Source of the DNA: Gemmatimonadota bacterium
GTDB lineage: Bacteria > Gemmatimonadota > Gemmatimonadetes > Longimicrobiales > Gaopeijiaceae
Length of the DNA stretch: 37,673 nt
Assembly: GCA_050485805.1 (NCBI GenBank)
Contig: JBJHCB010000001.1
Location: forward strand, 1-37,673
Reading direction: 5' to 3'
Shown here one piece after another: positions 17,717-25,555 of the stretch; position 1 is the stretch's first letter; each line of letters opens with the position of its first letter. Under the pieces are notes generated by a model. That model was not told where the DNA came from. It did no database searches and saw only the letters and a list, made by a program, of their open reading frames with translations. Position numbers and translations under genes: made by a program.

Positions 17717-18001
17717 GGTGTCCTCCACAAGGGTCCGGCTCCCTGAGCGGCGCCATCGTGCCCGGTACCTCCAGCTTCACCTGCCGGGGCGTGTGGATCG
17801 AGACGACGTCGCTCAGGGAAGAGGCAGTCGGAATCCATCGCCCTCCGGCTCCGCTCACGCCGGAGAGATCCGGCTTGCGGGAAGCTTACACAGACTAACG
17901 CATTATCGGTCTCGGCGGCAGGTGCCGTCGGTGGGCGGTGAGCCCGGCAGTCCCTCCAGAGAACGCCTCGGGGATGAAGTAGCGGAGGATTCGTGGGTCC
18001 C

Positions 18002-18919
18002 TCATCGCTCCCCCGGGATCCCTCCCTCGCGCTCATGTCTTTCATTTTCCTGACTATGGGTCCATCTGTCCCCCTCCTTCTCGCCCCCGGAGCCTCCCCC
18101 GGCCGACACCACCCGCGCGAGTTGGAGCCCGACGGGCTCGCCCCGGAACCAGGGCCACGCCACCAGCAGGCCCAGGGAGAGGACGACGGTCACCGTCCCG
18201 GGGGAGATGGGTGACGCCACCAGCATCATGGGCGCGTTGACGAGGGTGTGGATGGCGATGACAACCGGGAGGTTGGCGGTGCGCAGATACATGGCCACCC
18301 CGAAGATCCCGGCCAGGGTGAGGACGACCTGATCCATCACCAGCGCGCCTCCGGAGAGGCCGGACCCCAGGAGGCGGGTGGGAAGGTGGAGGAGGGCGAA
18401 GACGATGGCTGTGAGCACCGTAGCCCCCAGGAGGGCGGTCCGGCCGCTTCCGAGTCTGAGGGCCAGTTGGGGGAAGAGGAAGCCGCGGAAGGAAACCTCC
18501 TCCAGGATCACGATCCCGAAGAGCATGGCCACCAGGAAGCCGAGCATGGGACCGGGACCGAATTCCTCCCAGAACGGATGCGGGGCGAGTGTCCCCGCAG
18601 CGCCCGCCGCCGCGAGATGCACGGCCTGACTCGCCAACCAGAGCCCCACGAGGACCGCGAGGGCGGCCCGGAGCTTCGAAGCCTCCAACCCGATCTCCGC
18701 CGGCCGGAGTCGGGCCAGCCCCAGGAGGATCACTCCGACCGTGATGCCCAGGATGGGAAGGGCGAAGAGGAGGTTGGGATTGATCAGGTACCCGGTGGCC
18801 TCGGAAAGGCGCACCGTGTAGGGGTTGAGCCGGAGGTGGTAGAGGAGGAGGAGGGCCAGCTGCGCCAGGAAGAAGAGGGCAAGGATCCCGAGGGAGGTCC
18901 TTCGGGTGGTGATGGTCAT
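18002..18919 (-). CDS. CPBP-family (CAAX/Abi) intramembrane glutamic endopeptidase
   Basis: 305 aa and polytopic. Motif 1 'LEEVSFRGFLF' (EExxxR), motif 2 'FALLH' (FxxxH), motif 3 'AIHTLVN'. Confidence 0.85.
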   Translation of the reverse strand: MTITTRRTSLGILALFFLAQLALLLLYHLRLNPYTVRLSEATGYLINPNLLFALPILGITVGVILLGLARLRPAEIGLEASKLRAALAVLVGLWLASQAVHLAAAGAAGTLAPHPFWEEFGPGPMLGFLVAMLFGIVILEEVSFRGFLFPQLALRLGSGRTALLGATVLTAIVFALLHLPTRLLGSGLSGGALVMDQVVLTLAGIFGVAMYLRTANLPVVIAIHTLVNAPMMLVASPISPGTVTVVLSLGLLVAWPWFRGEPVGLQLARVVSAGGGSGGEKEGDRWTHSQENERHEREGGIPGER

Positions 18920-19061
18920 GGAGGCGGGTGGGAGTGGGACGGATGGGTGACAGGCCGTGTTCCCGGCAGGAGCAAGTCCGCCGGGGTGTGGAGGGCCGGG
19001 AAAGAGGGAGTGCCCACACTACCGGTCGACCCCGGTCCGCGGGATGGCGCAGCCCCATCCG

Positions 19062-21653
19062 TCACATCCGCCCCATCCGCCCCATCCTTCCAAGGACGGC
19101 CGCCACCTCGGGATGTGCGTCGGGGTGATGGTCCGCGAGGATCCGGAGTGCGGCCTGGAACTCCTCCCGGGCGGCCCCTTCCTTCCCCTGTAGCCGGAGG
19201 ATCTCCCCGAGCTCCGCCCTCCCCACCGCCACGATGGGGGCGGTGGGCCCGAAGAGTCGGGCCCGGGACGCCAGGGCTCGCCGTTGCGCGGCCTCCGCCT
19301 CCTCCAGGCGGCCGGCGCTCGTGGAGATGGCCGCCAGGGACACCAGGGCCGAAGCCACCGAGGGATGCTCGGAGCCCAGGGTCGCCTCCCGGATCCGGAG
19401 CACCTGTTCCGTCAGGGCAAAGGCCTCCTCGAAGCGGCCCTGTCGGGCACGTGCCTCCACGGTCCTCCGCAGGGACTCCGTACCGCCCAGGGAGCCCTCC
19501 CCGAAGACCACGTCCGAGACGGCCACCGCCTCCCGGAGGAGCGCCTCCTCCGCTTCCCGGTCACCCAGGGCCCCGAGGAGGTCGGCCAGACTGTGGAGGC
19601 CGTGGAGGCGTTCCGGACGGAGCTGGCCCAGATGGGACTCCTGGAGCGCCAGCCCCTCCCGGTAGAGGGCCTCCGCCTCTTCCATCTCCCCTCGGTGCAC
19701 CCGGAGCAGATCTCCCAGGTGGAACATTCCCTTGGCCAACCCGGCGGGATCCTGCGGTTCGGCCGCCCTCCGCAGTGCCAGCGCCTCCCGCCAGAGCCCT
19801 TCGGCCTCATCGATCCGGCCCTCCCGCCTCCGGACCGAGGCCACCAGGTCCATGGCCCGGGTGGTGGCGGGGTGATGGGGGCCGAGGGCTTCGCGGCGGA
19901 TGGCCAGCGCTTCCTGGAAGATGGGGCCGGCCTGGGGCGGATCCGGGGCAAGGGCGCGACCCAACGCCTCGAGGGCATCGGCCACCTGGGGATGCCGCTC
20001 CCCCTGGGCCCCGCGGCGCAGCGCCACCCCGACCTCCAGGAGCGGGACGGCCATGCCGGACTCCCCCCGACCCCCGTGCACGCCGGCCACGGCCTCCAGG
20101 AGCCGGGCCTTCAGGAGCGGGTGGTCCGCCAGGAGGCGCGCCTGGGCGGCGGCCTCCTCCAGGACGGTGGCGCCGGCGAGCCGGGAGTCCGAGGTCCGCT
20201 CCGGGTGGCTCGCCTGGATGAGCCCCAGGAGGGAGGCCGTGACCTGCTCCGCCCGTTCCGCCTCCCGGTCCGCCGCCTCCAGCGCCTCGGACAATCGGGC
20301 GGTGTGGAGGGTGAGGGTGACGGCGTACCCCCCCAGGAGAAGCAGGACGAGGGAGAGGGTCGCCACAGGGAGGGCGTTCCGGCGCAGGAACCGCCCGGTG
20401 CGATAGAGGGGCAGGTGGCCCCGGGCCTCCACCGGTCGGCGCGACCGATGCCGCTCCAGGTCCTCCACCAGGGCCTCCACGGATGGGTACCGCTCCTCCG
20501 CGTGGAATCGGAGCGCCTTCCCCATGATGCTCTCCAGGTCCCCCCCGATCCTCCGTCCCAGTCGACCCGGGGTGGTTGCCCGCATCCAGGCGATCTCCCG
20601 GGGGTCCGGCCTGGCACCCGTGGCTTCCCGACGGGAGGGCCAGACCCCCGTGAGGAGGCCGCGCAGGAGGACTCCCAACTGGTAGACGTCGGACCCGGTT
20701 CCCACCGGCTCCCCTCGGCGTTGCTCCGGGCTGGCGAAAGCGGGCGTAAGGAAGGGGGATCGCGGGGGATGCCCTCCGAGCCCCTCGGGGCCCCCTCTCC
20801 CGCGCCCCTCGAGCGGCTCGAGCGCCCGCGCGATCCCGAAGTCCACGAGGTGGACCTCGCCCGGCTCGGCCGACCGGGAGGCCGGAGGAGTGACCAGGAT
20901 GTTGCCGGGTTTCAGATCCCCGTGCACCACCAGGTTCCGGTGGGCGTGGGCCACCGCCCGGGCCACGGTGAGGAAGAGGCGGATCCGGCCGTCCACGGGC
21001 AGTCGGCGGGCGTCGCAGAACGCATCGATGGGTTCGCCCGGCACGAACTCCATGGCGAACCAGAGCCGGCCTTCCGCCGTGGTGCCGCCATCCAGGAGGC
21101 GGGCGATGCTGGGATGCGTGAGGGAAGCGAGGATCTGTCGCTCGGTCCGGAACCGGTCCAGGATCGGGGCCAGGTCCAGTCCGCTCCGGAGGACCTTGAG
21201 GGCCACCCGCCGACGGAACGCACCGTCGGCCCGTTCCGCGAGGAACACCGTCCCCATGCCGCCCTCGCCGACGAGGCGCAGGAGTCGGTAGGGACCCACC
21301 GGGTCTCCGGGGCGGGCCTCCCCCGGGCCGGGGCCCGGGCCCCCATCCGGCCCGCGCTCCTCCAGGTCCGCCAGGAGTTCCGGGGCCGCCGCGCCGACCC
21401 CTGACTCCAGGAACGCCCCGGCCCCCCGGGCCGCCTCGACGAGGCGCCGCAGCTCCTGCCCCAGGTCCGGATCCAGGCGGGCCCCGTCCCCTGGGTCGGG
21501 CGTCGGCGGGGGGGAGTCCTGCGTCGACGCGTGGGAGTCCTGCCTTGACCGATGGGAGTCGGGAGCGAGGTCCTGGCCCGGATCCGTGAGGGGTTCCGAA
21601 AGGTGCTCCTCCAGGAGCCCTCGAAGTCGGATCCAACGGCCCTTGGCGTCCAT
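19062..21653 (-). CDS. Membrane Ser/Thr protein kinase with C-terminal TPR-repeat domain (paralogue of 6484..9300)
   Basis: 863 aa. 'VGEGGMGTV', 'ALKVL', 'HGDLKPGNILV' (Gly replaces the Arg of HRD), 'DFGIAR', 'SPE'. TM helix 'LPVATLSLVLLLLGGYAVTLTL', then a TPR-like region. The start lies 9 nt after the stop of the upstream sigma gene. Confidence 0.85.
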   Translation of the reverse strand: MDAKGRWIRLRGLLEEHLSEPLTDPGQDLAPDSHRSRQDSHASTQDSPPPTPDPGDGARLDPDLGQELRRLVEAARGAGAFLESGVGAAAPELLADLEERGPDGGPGPGPGEARPGDPVGPYRLLRLVGEGGMGTVFLAERADGAFRRRVALKVLRSGLDLAPILDRFRTERQILASLTHPSIARLLDGGTTAEGRLWFAMEFVPGEPIDAFCDARRLPVDGRIRLFLTVARAVAHAHRNLVVHGDLKPGNILVTPPASRSAEPGEVHLVDFGIARALEPLEGRGRGGPEGLGGHPPRSPFLTPAFASPEQRRGEPVGTGSDVYQLGVLLRGLLTGVWPSRREATGARPDPREIAWMRATTPGRLGRRIGGDLESIMGKALRFHAEERYPSVEALVEDLERHRSRRPVEARGHLPLYRTGRFLRRNALPVATLSLVLLLLGGYAVTLTLHTARLSEALEAADREAERAEQVTASLLGLIQASHPERTSDSRLAGATVLEEAAAQARLLADHPLLKARLLEAVAGVHGGRGESGMAVPLLEVGVALRRGAQGERHPQVADALEALGRALAPDPPQAGPIFQEALAIRREALGPHHPATTRAMDLVASVRRREGRIDEAEGLWREALALRRAAEPQDPAGLAKGMFHLGDLLRVHRGEMEEAEALYREGLALQESHLGQLRPERLHGLHSLADLLGALGDREAEEALLREAVAVSDVVFGEGSLGGTESLRRTVEARARQGRFEEAFALTEQVLRIREATLGSEHPSVASALVSLAAISTSAGRLEEAEAAQRRALASRARLFGPTAPIVAVGRAELGEILRLQGKEGAAREEFQAALRILADHHPDAHPEVAAVLGRMGRMGRM
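19066..19088. repeat. 9-bp microsatellite (CATCCGCCC) x ~2.5 at the 3' end of kinase 2
   Basis: catccgccc catccgccc catcc, read directly. It encodes the C-terminal GRMGRMGRM immediately before the stop codon. Confidence 0.85.
21512..21574. repeat. Imperfect 21-bp tandem repeat (about 2.3 units) in the 5' part of the kinase 2 CDS
   Basis: gggagtcctgcgtcgacgcgt and gggagtcctgccttgaccgat (16/21 identical), followed by gggagtc... On the minus strand this encodes DSHRSRQ / DSHASTQ / DSPP. Confidence 0.7.
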
Positions 21654-21662
21654 GGGGGCGGC

Positions 21663-22256
21663 TCAGGAGGGGCGTGTCGGCGGGGGACGCAACTCCAGCT
21701 CCCTGGCCAGGAATGCCCGTGCCACCCGGGTATGGCGCTTCACCGTGGCCGTGGAGAGACCGAGGATCCGGGCCACGTCGTCCACCGGAGCGTCGCCGAA
21801 GAAGCGGAGCTCTGCCAGGCGGGCCAGACCGGGGTCCAGGGTCTCCAGGCGCTCCAACGCCTGATCCAGCGCCAGCACGGCGACCGCCTGTCGGTCCGGA
21901 TCCGTGGAGCCCCCGGTCAGGGCCTCCAGGGACACCCGGACCCGCTCGCCCCCGCGCTTCTCCGCCATGCGCCGACGGGCGTGATCCACCACCACCTGCC
22001 TCATGGCCATGGACGCCACCGAGAGGAAGTGGTCCCGGTCGGCGAAGGGACCGCCGGCACTCCGGGCCAGCTTGAGCCAGGTCTCGTGGACGAGGGCGGT
22101 GGTGGAGAGCGTCTCGCCGGGCGATCGCCGGCGCCGGTGGACCCGGGCCAGGCGCTTCAGTTCCCGGTACACCAGGGGCAGGAGGACGTCCATGGCCACC
22201 CCGGGGGTGGCCGGACGCCTCGAAGGCGGAGAACTGGGAGCCGGTGCCGTGTCCAC
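21663..22256 (-). CDS. ECF-type RNA polymerase sigma factor (TIGR02999-like, kinase-associated)
   Basis: The GTG at 22256 has AGGAG 6 nt upstream. The ATG at 22193 (MDVLLPLVY) is an alternative. 'LLPLVYRELKRLA', 'TALVHETWLKL', 'LAELRFFGDAPVDDVARILGLSTATVKRHTRVARAFL'. Confidence 0.85.
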   Translation of the reverse strand: MDTAPAPSSPPSRRPATPGVAMDVLLPLVYRELKRLARVHRRRRSPGETLSTTALVHETWLKLARSAGGPFADRDHFLSVASMAMRQVVVDHARRRMAEKRGGERVRVSLEALTGGSTDPDRQAVAVLALDQALERLETLDPGLARLAELRFFGDAPVDDVARILGLSTATVKRHTRVARAFLARELELRPPPTRPS

Positions 22257-22459
22257 GGCGGACTCCTGCCAGGCGAGTGACCGTGCGGAAACCGGCGGGA
22301 GGGCCCCCGGTGCCGCAGGATTCTTCCAGGGTAGGATCGCTCCCGCAGTGCGTCAACGATTCCTTGATCCCTCCCCCGCGCCGAATGCGTGATCTCCCAT
22401 GAAGGGGTGCGCTCCCCCGCGCAAGGCGATGCCCACCCCACCCCCAACCGGAGGTCATC

Positions 22460-23479
22460 ATGTCGGAGCCAAGGATCCAATCCGTCCTCCCCCGCAGGGC
22501 CTTCCTGCGTTCCGGAACCGCTGCCCTCCTGGGCGGCGCCCTCGTTCCCGCCGGTCTGGCCGGGACCCCCGTCCTTCGCCGTTCCGGACCTCCCGGCGCG
22601 GGAGCGGGAAGGTGGCGGGATCCTTGGACCTACCGCTTCCGCATGGGGGACTGGACCCTCACGGTCCTGGGCGACGGGTTCTTCCACCTCCCTTCCGAGA
22701 TCTTCGGCGCCGACGTGTCCCGGGAGGAAAGGGAGGCCTACTACCGCTCGCGTTTCCTCCCCACCGATGCCGTTCGCCTGCCGGTGAACCCGCTCCTCAT
22801 CGAGACCGGGACGCGGACGGTTCTGGTGGACGCCGGAACCGGCGCGCCCCCCTCACCGGAGGAGACCACGGGGCATCTCCCGGCCTCCCTGGCCGCAGCG
22901 GGTGTGGACCCGGCCGAGGTGGACCTCGTCCTCCTCACCCACGCCCATGGGGATCACCTGGGGGGGCTCGTGGACGCAGCCTCCGGGGCACCCCGCTTCC
23001 CCAACGCCGAGGTGGTGCTGTCGGGGACGGAGTATGACACATGGGGCGCCTCCGACGCCCGCGCCCGGATGCCGGAATGGGTCAACGAGGCGGGGTTGGT
23101 GGAAGTGGCCCAGCAGGTCTTCAGCGCCCTGGGCGACCGGATCCGCACGGTTCCCATGGACGGGGAGGTGACGGCGGGGATCCGGAGCGTGTCCGCCCCG
23201 GGTCACACCCCCGGACACATCGGCTTCGTGCTCACCTCCGGCGGCCAGGACCTCCTCCTGGTGGGGGACGCCGTGGCCAACACCCACACCCAGATGGAGC
23301 GCCCGGACTGGCACCTGGCCTTCGATCTGGACATGCCCCAGGGCTCCCGGACCCGAAGGCGCCTTCTGGAGCGGGCGAACGGCGACCGCATGCTGATCCA
23401 CGGGTTCCACCTCCCCTATCCCGGTCTGGGCTACGCCGTGCGGGAGGGGGACGCCTTCCGCTGGGTGCCCACGGGGTAG
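22460..23479 (+). CDS. Tat-exported MBL-fold metallo-hydrolase
   Basis: The ATG has GGAGG 7 nt upstream. Twin-arginine signal 'LPRRAFLRSG'. 'LLTHAHGDHLGG' (HxHxDH), 'APGHTPGH', 'HGFH'. Confidence 0.85.
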   Translation: MSEPRIQSVLPRRAFLRSGTAALLGGALVPAGLAGTPVLRRSGPPGAGAGRWRDPWTYRFRMGDWTLTVLGDGFFHLPSEIFGADVSREEREAYYRSRFLPTDAVRLPVNPLLIETGTRTVLVDAGTGAPPSPEETTGHLPASLAAAGVDPAEVDLVLLTHAHGDHLGGLVDAASGAPRFPNAEVVLSGTEYDTWGASDARARMPEWVNEAGLVEVAQQVFSALGDRIRTVPMDGEVTAGIRSVSAPGHTPGHIGFVLTSGGQDLLLVGDAVANTHTQMERPDWHLAFDLDMPQGSRTRRRLLERANGDRMLIHGFHLPYPGLGYAVREGDAFRWVPTG

Positions 23480-23708
23480 GCGCGGGGTCGGGAGTCGACC
23501 CGGGCTCCCGTCGCCCCGCGACTCCTGCGTTCCGCCGGGGAGCGGGCATTCCGCGAGCCCCTCCGGAGCCCGGAGCTCCGCCTGGATCCTGTGGTTTCGC
23601 CCGGTGGCGACCCGGGGAGCGGGTGGTACGCGCTTTGCAATGGTGTGCGGGCACCGGCGCCCTGGAGGCGCCCCCACCCCCGCCCACGAACCAACGAAAG
23701 GCCGATGC

Positions 23709-24326
23709 ATGTCCGGCCCGACCCTTTTCCGGCCAGACGCCCCGGGTGGGGAGCGCAGGGGACGTGCGTCACCCCTCCTCCCCTCCCGTGAGGTCCTCGA
23801 GGCCCTGGACCTGGTCCTGTCCAAGGGGAGGGTGGAACTCCAACCCCTGCCCGGCGGGGAACGGGGGGAGCTGATGGTGGAGGTGGGCGGGCACGTCGTC
23901 ATCCTCCATCCTCGCCGACGCGGGATCCGGGTGGTGTCCCAGGGTGTGGATCGGGCCCGCCGCTGGTGTGCCCGCCTTTCCGGGTTGGGCGCGGTCCTCC
24001 TCGGGACCGCCTGGGTGATGGTGGGGGTCTCCATCCTGGTCGGAGCATCCCTCCGCCCCGGGACCCTCGTGGGAACGGCCGCCGTGATCCTCTTCATCTT
24101 GCCCCTGGGGCTTTCACTCCCCCTGTCTCGGCGGGTCGTGGAGGTGGATCCGGAACAGGAGATTCCAGGACGGGTGGAGGCGGCCCTCCGAAGCGCCCTG
24201 GAGCTGGAAGCCACGCCACGGGCTACCCCCTGGGCCACCCCACATGGGGCGCCACCCGCCACGCCTCGCGCCACCGCCGGTGCCACCCCACGCGCCACCC
24301 CGCGCCATCCGGCCACCCAGCGCTGA
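23709..24326 (+). CDS. Two-TM hypothetical membrane protein with C-terminal (ATPR)n tail
   Basis: Track ORF 23604..24326. The ATG at 23709 (MSGPTLF...) is preferred, with GAAAGG about 9 nt upstream. The ATG at 23640 is an alternative. An ~85-aa soluble N-terminal domain is followed by 'LSGLGAVLLGTAWVMVGVSILVG' and 'LVGTAAVILFILPLGLSL'. Third codon positions are G/C-rich. No family recognised. Confidence 0.6.
   Translation: MSGPTLFRPDAPGGERRGRASPLLPSREVLEALDLVLSKGRVELQPLPGGERGELMVEVGGHVVILHPRRRGIRVVSQGVDRARRWCARLSGLGAVLLGTAWVMVGVSILVGASLRPGTLVGTAAVILFILPLGLSLPLSRRVVEVDPEQEIPGRVEAALRSALELEATPRATPWATPHGAPPATPRATAGATPRATPRHPATQR
24210..24305. repeat. 12-bp-period in-frame tandem repeat (8 units), encoding ATPR-like tetrapeptides
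   Basis: The codon quartets read ATPR ATPW ATPH GAPP ATPR ATAG ATPR ATPR (gccacSccNcgN units), at the 3' end of CDS 23709..24326. Confidence 0.8.
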
Positions 24327-24478
24327 AGAGCGTTGCGCGCTCCTGCGCACCGCGGCACGTTGGACGGTGCGCAGCCGGTCGTGGTGGAGTGTGCCTTGGA
24401 CGCCGGTCTGGTTCCGGGCCTGCCTGCCGGGGTGGGCCGGGCCTGCTCCCCACCCTCACCGTCACGCTGGAAACCGGA

Positions 24479-25459
24479 ATGAAGGACGGGATCGCGGTGG
24501 AGATCGATGCGGCGGACGCCCTGTCGGTGGACGCCGATGTCCTCGCGCTCAAGTACGCCCAGGGCTTTCACGGGGCCGACCGCGCAGTCGCGGAGCGGCT
24601 GGAGATGGATCTCCCCGGCATCGAGCTTCCCGTGGGAGACCACCTCTTCGTCCCATCGGGCGGGAGACTCGCCGCGGAATCCGTGCTCTTCCTGGGGGTC
24701 CCGCCCCTGTATCTCCTGGATTACGAAGCGATCCGGGCCTTCGCGCGGGGTGTGCTCTCGGCCCTCTCCACGCGGGCCCCGGAAGCAGAACGGCTCTGCA
24801 TCACGCTTCATGGGCCGAACGTCGGCCTCGACGAAAGGGAGTCGTTCAAGGCGCAGATCGCCGGGCTCCTGGATGCGGTGGAGGCCGGGGAGCATCCCCG
24901 GTCCCTGAAGCGCATCTTCATGGCCGAGATCGACGCGCTGCGCGTGGTGCGACTGCGACCGGTCCTCGACCAGTTGCTCCCCGGGGGGCGGATCGAGTCC
25001 CGTGATCGGTTCCACCTCGCCGGCGCGGCGGGAGAGGCGGTGGCCACCCTCAGGAGCGTGGGCCGGGACTCGAGAGCGAAGCCCCTGGCCTTCGTGGCCA
25101 TGCCCTTCGCCCCGGAGTACGACGACCACTTCCACTACGGGATCCAGGGAGCGGCCCACGCCGCCGGCTTCCTCTGCGAGCGTGCGGACTTCACTTCCTT
25201 CACCGGCAATGTGATGGACTGGGTGCGAGGCCGGATCGGTGCTGCGCAGATCGTGATCGCGGACCTCAGCTCCGCGAACCCCAATGTCTACCTGGAGGTG
25301 GGGTATGCGTGGGGCCGCGAGATCCCCACGGTTCTCCTCGTCCGGGACGCCAAGGAGCTGCAGTTCAACGTCCAGGGGCAGCGCTGTCTGACCTACTCCA
25401 GCATCCAGGACCTGGAAGAGACGCTGGGGCGGGAGTTGAAGGCGCTACGGGATCGCTGA
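24479..25459 (+). CDS. Fusion protein: N-terminal Macro-fold-like domain + C-terminal nucleoside 2-deoxyribosyltransferase/TIR-like domain
   Basis: Track ORF 23966..25459 trimmed to the ATG at 24479 (MKDGIAVEID...). C-terminal domain (residues ~200-310): 'PLAFVAMPF', 'AQIVIADLSSANPNVYLEVGYAWGREIPTVLLV'. This matches the beta1 'FxxxPF' and 'D-x7-8-N-V-x-x-E-x-G-Y-A-x-G-x-x-P-x-x-L' pattern of NDT/DNPH1-like and related TIR-like Rossmannoid domains (Glu codon 25295-25297). N-terminal domain (residues ~1-135): 'DADVLALKYAQGFHGADRAVAE', 'VLFLGVPP', 'CITLHGPNVGLDE'. These follow the strand/loop order of Macro or M17-N-type Macro-fold domains. That assignment is by eye and tentative. Confidence 0.65.
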   Translation: MKDGIAVEIDAADALSVDADVLALKYAQGFHGADRAVAERLEMDLPGIELPVGDHLFVPSGGRLAAESVLFLGVPPLYLLDYEAIRAFARGVLSALSTRAPEAERLCITLHGPNVGLDERESFKAQIAGLLDAVEAGEHPRSLKRIFMAEIDALRVVRLRPVLDQLLPGGRIESRDRFHLAGAAGEAVATLRSVGRDSRAKPLAFVAMPFAPEYDDHFHYGIQGAAHAAGFLCERADFTSFTGNVMDWVRGRIGAAQIVIADLSSANPNVYLEVGYAWGREIPTVLLVRDAKELQFNVQGQRCLTYSSIQDLEETLGRELKALRDR

Positions 25460-25555
25460 AGAGCCTCCCTACCGGCCACGCGCCCAAACGGGTAGGAGGG
25501 GTCCGTAGGCCGCCGTGCCCCCACCCGCCCCTGCGGGCCCGAGCCGAGCGCCTCC

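Noticed and set aside
18248-22461. Long ORFs 18248..20221 (+), 19284..21404 (+) and 19807..22461 (-) overlapping the CPBP, kinase 2 and sigma 2 genes
   Set aside because: Their translations are extremely P/G/R-rich and overlap frames that contain clear CPBP, kinase and sigma motifs. They are shadow ORFs.
22853-25159. 768-aa minus-strand ORF spanning the MBL hydrolase, the 2-TM gene and the Macro/NDT-like gene
   Set aside because: It has R/G/P-rich composition and no domain signatures. The plus-strand frames show HxHxDH, TM helices and the NDT-like motif, with G/C-rich third codon positions.
25463-25500. Imperfect inverted repeat (gcctccctacc … ggtaggagg) after the stop of the Macro/NDT-like gene
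   Set aside because: It needs a bulge or mismatch and has a 17-nt loop. It is plausible as a terminator but not convincing by eye.
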